NCBI GenBank assembly: GCA_964016885.1
Contig: OZ024741.1
Span: 80,848,001-80,912,000, forward strand
Source of the DNA: Eledone cirrhosa
Taxonomy: Eukaryota
DNA length: 64,000 bases
Reading direction: 5' to 3'
Positions 37,912 to 51,600 of this stretch are shown piece after piece (position 1 is the stretch's first letter; the number at the start of each line of letters is the position of its first letter). Position numbers and translations under genes: made by a program. A model generated the notes under the pieces. The model had not been told where the DNA came from, did no database searches, and saw nothing but the letters and a program-made list of their open reading frames with translations.

Positions 37912-38656
37912 GATATACATAATTGTGGGACGAAGCTTATCGAATAGAATGGACACAGCTTCAGTCGTTTCCTAATTCACTCAATAATTTAATTAAGTCC
38001 GAATTATTAAAATTCAAATTCAAGAGAATAGAGTGTACACTTAAACATTAATCAGCGAGGAAGACTACTTAGTGTGGGTAGGAAACGTTAGTTACCCGGA
38101 CCAATGCATTAGTTTATGTAATTCCGACCTCCGGCAGTGGTCCGAATGGATCCTCGATGTTCAGAAATTAGGTAATGTTACTTCAAATTAGGTAATACAT
38201 TACTTCATTAGTCTGGAACCGCTTTTGTCGGAAGCGAAGTTAGTTGTTGAAAATAAAGACGACGATAGTTAATTCGGTTAGATATAAAATTTACTTCACT
38301 TCAGTTAGGAAAGGAAAAAGGAATATGATTACTCCTAATCATAAAAGTACAAACTTGTATGTAAACATTCGTAATGAATACCGTGTTTTTGAAGTTTTGT
38401 GGAAGATACTTTGTTTTATGTGTTATGCTGAAATAGGTGCCAGGCTACCGTCCTTCAGTAGTATCAGCATAGAAGTTAAAAGCCCAGTGACCAGGGCATA
38501 TAACAGAAATTTCTCTCTCTGTCCGCGTTCCAGGACAGCCTATTTATCCAACGTTAGTTATTTTTTTATCAAAAGTCGCTGACCTCCTGCTGCCTTCTCT
38601 TTCATAGGATTGGCGGAATGGACATGTCAGTGAGAGGAAAAGCTGGAACATTGCTT

Positions 38657-38771
<115 letters not shown>

Positions 38772-38772
38772 C

Positions 38773-38803
<31 letters not shown>

Positions 38804-38977
38804 CATACGTAATAAAAACAAGGTGGAGGTGTTACATAGGAGAATTATTGCTTAATCCTGGTTTGAACAATAAATCTCTTAGGTAACACCTCCACTTTGT
38901 TCTTATATACACTCTGCTCTGCATCGAGTGCTGACCTTGGTACTCGCACCAATTTTCTTCGGACTTACTGAACTTTT

Positions 38978-39019
<42 letters not shown>

Positions 39020-39100
39020 TTATTCCGGGTTAAATCGGGGGTAACCACAGTAAGTAAGGTACTCAATACATAGCAGAGTATAAATGTTTTAATATAGAAA

Positions 39101-39151
39101 AGCTTCTACAGGACTAGAACTGTTTCATTCGTGAGAAATCATCAGGAAGCT
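39101..39151 (-). ncRNA. Hammerhead ribozyme, family B
   Basis: Minus strand: agcttc CTGATGA tttctcacgaat GAAA cag ttctagtc ctg TA gaagct. Confidence 0.8.
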
Positions 39152-39198
39152 TCCTGATGATTCCTCACGAATTAAACAGTTCTAGTCCTGTAGAAGCT
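39148..39198 (+). ncRNA. Hammerhead ribozyme, family B, core mutated (GAAA to TAAA)
   Basis: agcttc CTGATGA ttcctcacgaat TAAA cag ttctagtc ctg TA gaagct. Confidence 0.65.
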
Positions 39199-39206
39199 TT
39201 TCTATA

Positions 39207-39307
<101 letters not shown>

Positions 39308-39367
39308 TATATATATTATATATATATATAAAAGAAGAAATTAAAAGATGGTTAAAAAAGTTCCATA

Positions 39368-39438
39368 TATTTTATTATGCGCATTTCGAAAACAACATCA
39401 TCCTGGGACAAAAAATTGAGTTCTCATCAGATAAAATA
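39368..39438 (-). ncRNA. Hammerhead ribozyme, family A, diverged stem II
   Basis: Minus strand: tattttat CTGATGA gaac..tttc GAAA tgcgca TA ataaaata. Confidence 0.8.
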
Positions 39439-39498
39439 AGGTAACATGATATGAGGCCTAAAAACACTTGTCAACAAGAAAGTGTCAAGTCTACATAT

Positions 39499-39599
<101 letters not shown>

Positions 39600-39816
39600 A
39601 TACTTGGGGAGGGTCATATTTATGTAATATTGCCAGAATTAATAACAGAACACACTCACTGTTTGGTTGGTTTTCGCTTTTCGCGAAAAGTGAAAACCAA
39701 CAACCAAACAGTGAGTGTGTTCTGTTATTAATTCTGGCAATATTACACAAATATGACCCTCTCCAAGTATAACAATATTAGTTTCGACACACGATTTCAT
39801 ATAAAAAACCTCGCAA

Positions 39817-39881
<65 letters not shown>

Positions 39882-40045
39882 TATACCATAAAGAGAGACG
39901 AACACAGATATATACACATATGCGTTCAAAATCACAAGGGACAAAAAACACCAGGATGAAGAGAATACTGACTAAAGATAATACGGTTCACAAGACTCAA
40001 TTAAAAGGGTAAATTAAGATTTACAAACCGATTATGACAACTATC

Positions 40046-40125
40046 AACATCCATACAGCTTTGGGTAGAACTGTTTCGCAAATCAGTGGAGAGAGTTAGA
40101 GATCGCGTGCTCTTCAGTGAATGTT
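40046..40125 (-). ncRNA. Type I hammerhead ribozyme with conventional stem III
   Basis: Minus strand: aacattca CTGAAGA gca..tgc GAAA cag ttctacccaaag ctg TA tggatgtt; 8-bp stem I. Confidence 0.85.
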
Positions 40126-40174
40126 CGGATCAGTAATCACCCCACTACTAATTTCCTTAGAAGATTAAATAATT

Positions 40175-40358
40175 GTTTCTACATTTGGCACAAGGCCAGA
40201 ATTACCCCAGTGCATTACTGGTACTTTATTTTATCGACCCTGTAAGGATGAAAGACAAAGCTAACCTCGTCGGGATTTGAACTCAGATCGTAAAGGGCTG
40301 TAACTCTATGCTGAAAAGCATGGCGTCCAACCCTCTTCTGATACTGCCAATCCACCAA
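40175..40358 (-). mobile_element. tRNA-derived Meta-like SINE with TSD
   Basis: Homologous to 20356-20540; TSD aaga(t/c)taaataatt at 40161-40174 and 40360-40373. Confidence 0.85.
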
Positions 40359-40397
40359 CAAGACTAAATAATTCTTTCTTTATTTTATTTTTTTTAA

Positions 40398-40449
<52 letters not shown>

Positions 40450-40759
40450 AAAAAATAAAGAAAATAAAGAAAGCATTGTAGTGACCTACATTCCGCGGGC
40501 TCACATACATTCTCTGTGCGTGATTTGGCTCAGCTCAGCCAATCAGTGCCAGGAGAAGAGGATGTATCCCTACGCGTTCTGAGGGAGAAATAGCCCGCGA
40601 AGATTTGAGGAATCTCACACACTTGCAGCTCGACCACGCTAAGATAAAACACCACTTGTTCTTTTTCTCCGTAAGCATAAACAATATGTAACGACACAAC
40701 AATTTTACTACGGACCTGGCCAAACGCCTCAGCCAGTCGACCGTATTTTCTCGTTTAAA

Positions 40760-40798
<39 letters not shown>

Positions 40799-40894
40799 TA
40801 AACGATCGACTTTCGTCAAATCGGACCGAAGAAACAATGTTTCCGTTGGTCTTTCCAATTGCTAATACTATCTATCGGTCGCAACTCCAGGTAG

Positions 40895-40975
40895 AAGGAG
40901 CAACGTGAAATAAAGTGTCTTGCTCAAGGACATAACGCATCGCCCGGTCCAGGAATTGAACTCACAATCTCACAA
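40895..40975 (-). mobile_element. Fragment of a second tRNA-derived SINE family
   Basis: Minus strand gagttcaattcctggaccgggcgatgcgttatgtccttgagcaag resembles 57078-57196. Confidence 0.6.
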
Positions 40976-41065
40976 CATGGCTGCTATTAAAAAATAGCAG
41001 CCATGTCTATTCAACATATTAAAAGCTCAACAAAAGCGAATATATATATATATATATATATATAT

Positions 41066-41495
41066 CTAAGGCGGGTAAAATTACCGAGATCCATGGACGA
41101 ATTCTCTCCAGCGGTCTCTGTCCCTCATTATCGCTGCCATGTCCTGCGTCTCCAACAGACCAGTGTCTGTCCTTAGGGCATCAACATACGTTAACCTTGG
41201 TCTTCCTCTTCTAGTGTGTCCATGTAGGGGCTCCCAAAGGAGTACTGAGTGCAATGTCAACTCTGGATGTCGGTGAGCATGTCCAGCTAACCTCAGTCTC
41301 CTCTGCGTCACTTTTGAGCTGACTTTTGGGATGCACCCATACAGCTTTGAGTTTGTCATCCTCAGTGTATACTGATTAATGTTCAGAGCCATCCTCAACA
41401 TTCTCGTGTAGTAACCATCCACCATCTGAGTGAGTTTCTTGGTCAGTGTCCAAGTCCCAGACCCACACAGCAGCACATACTCCACTACAGCAATG
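41066..41495 (-). mobile_element. RTE-clade LINE 3' fragment between two (TA)n tracts
   Basis: TWTLTK..RMLRMAL..RRLRLAGH..RRGRPR..DRDRWR matches the RTE ORF C-terminus pattern. Confidence 0.8.
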
Positions 41496-41497
41496 AT

Positions 41498-41590
<93 letters not shown>

Positions 41591-41883
41591 AATAATGGAG
41601 CTGCGGCGCTGCAAATGGGTTACATATGAAAAAGTTTGTCCTCATCAGTGGCCATCCAACCGTCGTAGGCATTTCGTCGCATTAAAGGCCATATACCTCA
41701 GGTTGGTGCGAGCAACGGCTAAAAAAAGTCGTTGGGACACGTAAATAAAGGGGACGCTAGGGTAAACAAAGAAAATGGTTTAAGCAGCAGAAAGAGAGGA
41801 TGAAGGAAACAAGTCCCAGATTTCTATGAATATAAATTCGGTGGAATCGTGAACGAGAGAATAAAGACCATCAAACCTGGTTG

Positions 41884-41937
<54 letters not shown>

Positions 41938-42508
41938 TACTTGTGGGGGTATGTGTATGTGTGGGGTGTCTCCCTCAAACGTCACATAGTTGGAAGCTTC
42001 TTCCAAATATTGGGACTTTTGGGAAATGTCCATCGGGGTAATATTCAAAATCCTGTTGCTTAGCAACGGTTGCTGCAAATGAAATTTTGTTATTGTTGTT
42101 GTTGGTGATGATGGTCTCATTCTTTGTGTTGCCGCTGATTCCTTTTGTTGTATTGTTGTTGTTCTCATTTATTGTGTTGTTGTTGTTGTTGTTGTTGTTG
42201 TGGTTTGTGGAGGTGTTAGTATTTGCTACACATTCTTCCCTCTGTGCGCGGATACATGTGACGTTTGTGAAGCCAGGCGTGTTCAGTTGCTTACAAGCAA
42301 CTGAAGCGTGTTCCTCTTCTAAATGTTGAGGCGATAATGTTGGCATTCCTTTGTCCATGTCTGCTACTATCTGCTGGTCAAGTAGGCATGGCTTTCCCTT
42401 CCCATCTTCTTGTATTGACAAAAAAGCAGGTGCCTTTGCTTCGGACATTTCGCCGGCAGTTAGCTCGAGACATGGTCCCTGTATGGATCTGGCTGATTCT
42501 ACGGCTGA
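41938..42508 (-). mobile_element. Inverted copy of the ORF1 5' region of Tx1-like copy H
   Basis: Reverse complement of ~42957-43532; ORF 41975-42517 matches ORF 42919-43791. Confidence 0.85.
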
Positions 42509-42687
42509 ATTACACAATGAATATTGTTTACCCTAAGGTGCTTCAAGATTGACAGATTTTCATTTCTAAATTCTATTATCATTACAATTTTGTTATTTTA
42601 AAAATAAAATATAGATATTTTGAAATAATTATGAGAAAAAAAAATCATATCTTCATATTTATTGTTTACTAATCTAAATAAGAACAG

Positions 42688-42720
42688 CAGTAACCCAGGA
42701 AACGCCGGGTAATTCAGCTA

Positions 42721-42722
<2 letters not shown>
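42688..42722 (+). mobile_element. Helitron-like 3' terminus
   Basis: Subterminal GC hairpin cccaggaaacgccggg, short spacer, CTAG followed by T and (TA)n. Confidence 0.5.
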
Positions 42723-42796
<74 letters not shown>

Positions 42797-42899
42797 GTGT
42801 ATAATGGTAGCTATGGTGCTTCCATAGGCGGTATGCCAAAATTAGCACTCGATATTCAGCAGAGTAGAGTGTAGATAGTATAAAGAAAACGAAAAATCA

Positions 42900-43267
42900 G
42901 TGATGCATCTGATAAAATTTGGTCCGAACGAACTACCCGTGTCTGAAAGAACCTGCAGCCGTAGAATCAGCCAGATCCATACAGGGACCATGTCTCGAGC
43001 TAACTGCCGGCGAAATGTCCGAAGCAAAGGCACCTGCTTCTTTGTCAATACAAGAAGATGGGAAGGGAAAGCCATGCCTACTTGACCAGCAGATAGTAGC
43101 AGACATGGTCAAAGGAATGCCAACATTATCGCCTCAACATTTAGAAGAGGAACACGCTTCAGTTGCTTGTAAGCAACTGAACACGCCTGGCGTCACAAAC
43201 GTCACATGTATCCACACACAGAGGGAAGAATGTGTAGCAAATACTAACACCTCCACAAACCACCACC

Positions 43268-43342
<75 letters not shown>

Positions 43343-46300
43343 CAATAAATGAGAACAACAACAATACAACAAAAGGAATCAGCGGCAACACAAAGAATGA
43401 GACCATCATCATCACCAACAACAACAATAACAAAATTTCATTTGCACAACCGTTGCTAAGCAACAGGATTTTGAATATTACCCCATGGACATTTCCCAAA
43501 AGCCCCAATATTTCCCACATACCCCCACAAGTAAGAGAAATGACACAGAAAAAGAAACTGATATACAGAACAGTTGATATCATTACCAAAAAAACCATAA
43601 CGCTCCCAACAATCACTATTGAAGCTGCACTAAAAGATATCAAGCCAGACGTGGCATACCTCCAAAGAGGTAAACAGTATGGAAGTGTGTCAGTGCTCTT
43701 TAAGAGCGAAACTCTGGCTCAAAAACACTCGATTTACCCAATAAAAACGGATCAACACATCTTCTTGGGAAGAAGATCCTACAAAATATAATAACCAGGA
43801 TCCCAGCAGAGGTCAACATTTGGTGGATCCTACGCTGCATCCTGAAGAAGGATGAGGACACCCTCCTATCTGTAGACAGGACAGACCGGAATAACTGGTT
43901 TGGAACCTGCATCGAGGTTCTGGTACACATGAGGCCAGAGAGAGTTGAGAAAATCCCGAACAGGATCGTCCTTGAGGAAGATGTCATCTCCATTTTAGTG
44001 GAGGGGAAAAGACCTCAGTGCCATAAGTGTGAGAAAAAAAACCGAGGACAAACAAGGTGTTATTACCAACACCAAAACCCCAACATCAACACCCCAAACC
44101 GTACACAATACAAAAACCTGCAACATCCACTCCCACACCACCACAGACCAGAGACAACCACACACACAAAATCCCACTGAAAAACCCTCCATTTCCTCCT
44201 CCCTCCCTGTCAAATACTTCCACAAACACCTCTACAAACACTCCACCACACAACATACCCCTCCCATCTACCCATGATTCAGAAGTCTCAGACACGGGAA
44301 CCTCTACATCTCCAAGTGAGAATGAAGAGGAACCCCAAAAATCCAAAAAACAAAAAAAGAGACAAAAAAAAAACAACACAAAAACATAAACATCTACAGA
44401 AAACACGCACACACCCAACCCCACCACAAACGACAAACACACCAACAACACAATCACCACCAACACAACCAAACACTTCACCAACAAAACAAACACCCAC
44501 ACCACCACAATCACAAACCCCAACCACAAAAAGAAAACTACAAACAGAAACAGTACACATAAAAACAAAACACATTACACATACATAAAAACAACAAACA
44601 AAGAACTAGTAGAAACCCTCCGAAAGGACCCTAATATCCAAACGGAAGGGAAAACTTTCCCCACCAACGACCCACCTCCAAACCTCAAACTGATCAGGGT
44701 AACAACCCTACAACATGAAACATTGAAAGGGACCTTCCCACATGATGTGGGCCCCCCTTGCCAAAAACTCCTTAACCGTGTCCTGCTGAAAGGATTCTCT
44801 CCCTCACCAAACACACCCAATCTGGACATGGAGATCGAACAATCCTTTTCTCTCCCTAACTCTTCTTCACCAACATGGCGACTATACAAGTTGGATGTTT
44901 GAATGTACGTGTCCTGAGCATGCCCTGGGAACAGGGCCATCTTTTAAATGATCTCAGGTCACATTGTATAGATGTGATAGCCATCACCGAGTCCAGGATT
45001 CACGACAAGCAGCAGCCAAACCCCATGTTCGATGACTTTGAGATCGACGCCTCTCTGTCAGCCAGGAGGTGGAGGGGGAGTTGTTGTTCTGTTTGGAAAA
45101 AAACTTGGATCTCAAAGCACAGACGATTCACTTGGACCTGGGGGGCAGCTTGATGGTCCTGGACGTGAATGGTAGTGAAGGTGGAGCTTTCAGACTGGTG
45201 GACGTATATGCCCCGACTGGGACATCGCGACGAGAGTTCTTCAAGCGTCTGAAGCCATTAATGGGAACGTCTCGCTCCTTAGTGTTAGCGAGGGACTGGA
45301 ATGGCATCTTAGATGCACGTTGGGACTATGTAGGAGATTGTGATAAATGAGGGGCCTAAAAAATCTCATCAGCCAATTCCAACTGGCTGATAGATATCGA
45401 CTAGACTTCCCAAGTGTACCACTGTGGACGTGGAGCAACCGGACTGGGTTTCTAGATCGTATTTACATAGATTTTTAATTAGACAGAATGATAAGGAAAC
45501 ATTAAGCTGTCCACAAATGCACATGGATGCCTATTCAGACCACAAATAGTCACCTGCGTAGTCAACCTTGATAGAACACATAGACAGGGACCCGGATACT
45601 GGAAGCTAAACATGTCGCTTCCGGCGCGTAAGGCCTACAGTAAACGGATTAGCACCTTAGTTAAGTGCCAGTTGACGGGGGAGATCGTCAACAACAGGTG
45701 GTGAAGCTCGCTCAAGAGAGCAATTATAATAGAATCGATAGCATTTAGCAAGGAAGTAGCTTTAGAAAAAAACAAAACGTGCTAGCGGCGAGAACGGCAC
45801 TAGACCAGTTCTTCAACGTGAAACACGAAGTTTGTATTGTCAGAAGTAGAACACGTGTTCTAAGAAACGAGGGAGCCAAAGCTGTTAGCTGGGCCCGAGT
45901 GGCAAAGGCGAAAAGTGGCAAGAAATCCACGATTCGGTCTTTGCAAGACAACGATAGACGCATTATACTTGAATCCAAGCAGATGTGCACTGCCTTCCAG
46001 CAGCATTTTGCACAACTGTTCGAGAAAAGCAGTACGTCAAGGGAGGTGATGGACTTCAGCTCCTACCTCGACGGCATACTACGACTCTCGAGTACGGATG
46101 CAGAGAGTTGCGAAAGGCCGATCACAGCGGGCGAAATAGAAGATGCCCTAAGCCGCTGCAGGAAACGCAAATCACCCGGTTTAGATGATCTACCCTATGA
46201 GTTTTACATAGGCATGCCAGACTTGTTCTCTGGCGTCCTCGAAGCGGACTACTGCAACTGGCAGCAGAACGGGAGGATTCCCAGTTCTGTAGGCAGAGGC

Positions 46301-48480
46301 GTAGCAACGCTGATCAGGAAAGATGAAAACAGGGGGGATGAGACAAGAAATTTCAGGCCCATAACTCTGCTCAACACAGAGTTAAAGATTTTGGCCAAGG
46401 TGTTAGCAGCGAGGCTGCCGCTTGTCGTCGAGAACCTGGTAGGGGAAGCGCAAACGTGTGCAATCCAGACCAGATCCATACACGACAACCTCCACCTCAT
46501 GCGATACATCATAGAGAGGGTAGGGTGTAAACTTGGCTTCGGTGGGGCTCTGATCAATTTAGATCAGTCTAAGGAATTTGATAGGGTCGACCATCAATAC
46601 TTGGAAGCGGTTCTCAAGGCGGCCGACTTCAGAGGCTGGATCGCTGCTATGCACACCAGCATCTGCTATGCACACCAGTCAAGGTGAATGGCTACCTATC
46701 TGAGCCATTCCAAATCATGCGTTCCATCCGTCAGGGGTGCCATCTCTCCTCCATTCTGTATGTACTGACTCTCGAGCTATTACTGCGGAAGTTGGAGCTG
46801 TTGCAGGGCATCCCGATCGAACCAGGACTGCGGAAAGAAGCGTCAGCGTATGCCGATGACATAACCGTAAGGGTGTCGAAAACCTCGGACATCGGGATAA
46901 TCGGCAACCTATTGCAGGAATACGAAACGTTGACAGGAGCAAGACTAAACCGAAACAAGTCTGTCGGTTTGCAACTCGGCACATGGAGAGGCAAACCCAT
47001 GCCTCCCGACAGTGTCGTTGGACGCTGGACGGAAGGAACGGTGAAATTGCTCGGGGTCTGGTTTGGTACAGACCTCCAGGTGGACAAGAACTGGAACGAG
47101 GTCACGGCGAAGTTGTTTGCACTCAACCAGAAGTGGGCTGAGTACAAACTGCCCTTGAAAGGTCGAGCGGAGGTGCCGAACACTTATATAGCGTCCGTCA
47201 TCTACTACCGCTTGACAGTCGTGCCTTGTCTCCGCTAACACCTCACCAAAATGGAACGCCTACTCTTCAAGTTCCTCTGGAAGAAACAGGCTCCATTGGT
47301 GAGGAGATCCATCTGCTGTCAACACCCTTCTAACGGAGGGCTGGGCATGCCGTGACTGATGATGCGCAAACACGCGCTGAGGCTACGCCATCTCCAGGTA
47401 TTCCTGATCGGCGAACCAGTGTGGCTGTCGTTTGTTGGACGAGCTCTTCCACAACTCGTCTCACTAACAGAGCTGCAGTCCTGGGTCAAGCGAAGACCGA
47501 AAATGGGCGCCTGGCACCTCGAGTGCCTTCAGGCGCTCACAGCCCTCTACCAAGCGGAAACGGCAATCAGCGGAGACTCCACTTCGACATTCTATAGGGG
47601 ATTAGTGGAGGATAAGTGCGACGACGTTCTCGGGGAAACTCTAGGCATCGAGGAAGACGAACTGACCAGTCTGTTCAGGAGGACTTTTCGTCCAGGGCCT
47701 ATGGATAACTCCCAGAGGTTTCTGGCCTGGCAGTGCTACCGAGGAGCTCTACCAGTTCGAGACAAGATCTACAGGCACGGACGCCCTGGCAGAGATCCTA
47801 CCAAAAGGACCTGTCCAAGATGCGAGCAGGACATCGAAACCGTTCTGCACGCAATTGTTCAGTTCCCAGGGGTGACCGACCTGTGGAATTATGTCTAACA
47901 GCTACTGTCACGTATAGGACGCATCCAGTTGTCAGCCGAGTCCATGGTGAGGATCACCCCGCCGCCTTCATTTAAGAATGAAGGAGAGGCGGTCTTCTTC
48001 TGTCTGGTGGCTATGGCAAAAGAGGTAATATGGTGGACGAGGTTAAAAGGACTGAGGGCAAGCACCTTTCCCTCCGGACAGCAACTCATCCCCTTCTTTA
48101 AGTACCACTTCAGAAGGAAGGTGAGAGTGGAGAGAAAGGTGCTACACCCCAGTAAATTCGCTGATAGGTGGGTGAATGTGGCGAAAATAGCCCGAGTGAA
48201 TGGGCCTTCTCTGTATATAAACCTATAGGTTGAGGAAGATAAACAGACGGAAGACGGGAACACCTACAAAACGTGTTCCTGGTGTTGAGGGTTGTTCTAT
48301 CCACGGGGTGTAAAACAACCCCGCAGTAACGTTAGCCCCCCCCCCCTAATGGGGAATTCAATTGTTTTATTTTTATATAGTTTATTGTTATTTATCATTG
48401 TTAAAGATTTTATGTAAAATCCCCGCCGTCAGGTCTTGTAATGTCCCATTTTTGTGCGCCCCTGTGGCGAATAAAGAAAG
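42900..48480 (+). mobile_element. Tx1-like copy H, decayed, (ATCT)n tail
   Basis: ORF1 fragments 42919-44870; ORF2 fragments 44875-48228 (AYADD near 46850); 3' end gcccctgtggcgaataaagaaag + atatctatctatct. Confidence 0.88.
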
Positions 48481-48503
48481 ATATCTATCTATCTACCTAT
48501 AAA

Positions 48504-48580
48504 CTTTTATGTTAAACCCCGCCATCACACGTCTTGTAATGTCCCATTTCTTGTGCGCTCTTGTGGCAAATAAAGAAACA

Positions 48581-48635
<55 letters not shown>
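48504..48635 (+). mobile_element. Short 3'-end copy of the H family plus (ATCT)n tract
   Basis: 48504-48579 resembles ~48408-48480; (ATCT)n 48580-48635. Confidence 0.8.
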
Positions 48636-48636
<1 letters not shown>

Positions 48637-51600
48637 ACAAAAACAAAAAACCAGCAAACACTACCACAAACATACAACCACCAACACAAACAACAAAAAC
48701 ATCACAAACAAAACCCCCACCTCCTGAAAACAAAATACCTACAACAAAACGAAAGCACACACAAGCACTACAGACAAAAACAAACACAACACAAGAAAAT
48801 TACACTTACACTTACATAAACACTGAAAACAAAACACTAATGGAGACCATCACGAACGATCCTTCGGTGAAAACCGAAGGGAAAACTTTCGCCCACTCTA
48901 TTAAAAATAACAAAAAACTGAACCTAAAACTAATTAGGGTCCCTATACAAACTTATAGGTCCCTAAAAGAAACATTTGAAAAGGATGTGGGGAATTCCTG
49001 CGTGAAACCACTTAACCGCGTCCTTCTCAAATGTCTCCCCACCCCAGACACCCCCATCCCACCAGACCCCACCCCACCAAACATCTCCGTTCCCACCCCG
49101 CCGGAAACCACCACCCACCCAGACAACCCCTCCAACACCCCCATGGAAATCGTGCAGCCTGGTTCCCAGGAGACGAAGGGTGAGTGATCTCTTTTCCTCT
49201 TTTAACTTTTCAGCACCAACATGGCCAATATAAGAGTTAGATGTGTGATCGTACGCGGCCTGGGAATGCCCTGGAAACAGGGCAAACTCTTAAACGACCT
49301 TAGGTCGCACAGTATGGATGTGGTAGCCATTTGCGAGTCCAGGATCCACAGCGAGCGACAGCTGGCCCCCATCTTCGTTGACTTTGAGATCTACGCATCT
49401 CTCTGTCAACCGGGGGTGGGGGCGGAGTTGCCGTTTTGCTGCGGAAACACATGGGCCTCGTAACACAGACGGTACATCTGGACCCGGAGGGTCGACTGGT
49501 GGTCCTAGACGTTGACGGTAGTGAAGGTGGAGCCTTCAGGCTGGTGGCCGCATATGCCCCATCCGGGACACCGCGGCCAGACTTCTTCAAACGTCTAGAG
49601 ACTTTTCTGGGAACGTCCCGCTCCTTGCTTTTAGTGGGGGACTGGAATGGAATCCTAGATGCACGTTGGGACTATGTGGGGGCATGTCCCGATAAAGGGG
49701 GGTGTAACAACCTCAAACAGTTAATCGACCGATTTGACCTGGCCGATAGATATCGACTAGATTTTCCGACTGTGCCACTGTGGACGTGGACTAATCGTAG
49801 CGGAACATCTAGATCGTACCTAGATAGGGTTCTAGTTAGAAATAAAGATAGGGACATGTTAAGCTGTCCACAAATGTTCATGGTTGCCTATTCAGATCAC
49901 AAACTAGTGACCTGCATGGCCAACCTTGATAGAACCCATAGACAAGGACCCGGCTACTGGAAGCTGAACTTGTCGTTACCGACAAGCAAAGCCTACAGTA
50001 GACTTTAGTTAAACAGCACTTGACAGGGGCCATTGTCAACAACAGATGGTGGTACTATCTCAAAAGGGCAGTTAGATTAGACTCGTTAGTTTTTAGAAAA
50101 GAATTAGCGTTAGATAGAAATAGAACCGAGAAGGAACTGGTAGATAAAGTAGAAGAGGCAATTAGAAGTGGCAACGTAGCCAGCGTGCTAGCAACGAGAA
50201 CGGCCTTGGACCAGTTCTTCGACGCAAAGCACGAAGGCTGCGTTGTCAGAAGCAAAATACGTGCTCTGGGAAACGAGGGAGCCAAAGCTGTTAGCTGGGC
50301 CCGAGTGACGGAGGAAAAAAGTGGCAACAAGTTCACGATTCGGTCTTTGAAGGACCAAAACGGACGCGTGATACGTGAGCCGAAGCAGATGTGTGCGGCC
50401 TTTCAGCGGCACTTTGCTCAACTGTTCGGGCCGGGCGGCGCGCCGGGAGGGGCTATGGATTTCGGTCCATACCTCGACGGCCTACCGCGACTCTCGGACA
50501 GCGAGGCAAAGTTCTGCGAAAAGCCGATTTCAGCCGCTGAAATCTCCAGGTCTCGACGGTCTACCCTACGAATTTTAGGTAGCAATGCCTGACTTATTCT
50601 CCGGTCTCCTGGAAGCGGTCTACTGCAACTGGCAACAGAACGGGAGAATTCCCAGTTCTGTAACCGGGGGCGTGGTCACACTAGTCAGGAAAGACGAGAA
50701 TAAGGGGGATGACATAGGCAACTTCCGGCCCATAACTCTGCTAAACAAAGAGTTACAGATTTTGGCCATGGTGTTGGCAAAGAGGCTGGCGCTTGTCGTC
50801 GAGAACCTGGTGGGAGAAGCGCAGACATGCGCAATCCCGACCAGGTCCATACACGACAACCTCCACCTCATGCGATACATCATAGAGAGGGTAGGGTGTA
50901 AACCCGGCTTCGGTGGGGCCCTGATCAACTTCGATCAGTCTAAGGCTTTCGATAGGGTTGACCATCGTTACCTGGATGCGGTGCTCGAGGCGGCAGGCTT
51001 CGGACCCGTGTTCAGGGGCTGGATTGCTGCAATGCACAACAGCAACATCTGCTCAAGGGTCATGGTGAACGGCTACCTCTCGGAGCCGTTCCATATCGCG
51101 CGATCCATTCAACAGGGATGCCCTCTCTCCTCCCTTCTGTACGTACTGACTCTCGAGCCACTACTGCGGAAGTTGGAGCTATTGCAGAGCATCCCTCTGG
51201 AACCGGGACTGCGAAAAGCGGCGTCGGCCTACGCCGACGACGTGACAGTAATGGTGTCGAACGCCTCGCAAATCGAGGAAGTCGGCACCTTACTGAAGGA
51301 ATACGAAAGTTTCACAGGAGCGAAGCTGAACCGGGACAAGTCCATCGGTTTGCAACTCGGATCGTGGAGAGGCAAACCGATGCCTTCCGATGGCGTCGTC
51401 GCACGCTGGACGGAAGGACCGGTAAAGCTGCTCGGGGTCTGGTTTGGTCCGGACCTCCAGGTGGAGAAGAACTGGAACGAAGTGACGGCCTAGGAGTTTG
51501 CACTCACCCAGAAGTGGGCCGAGTGCAAACTATCCTTGAAAGGTCGAGCGGAGGTGGCGAACACTTTTATAGCTTCCGCCATCTACTACCGCTTGACCGT

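Noticed and set aside
41605-41710. Hammerhead- or HDV-like pieces on the minus strand (CTGATGAggac, gacGAAAtgccta)
   Set aside because: Core halves could not be assembled with paired stems
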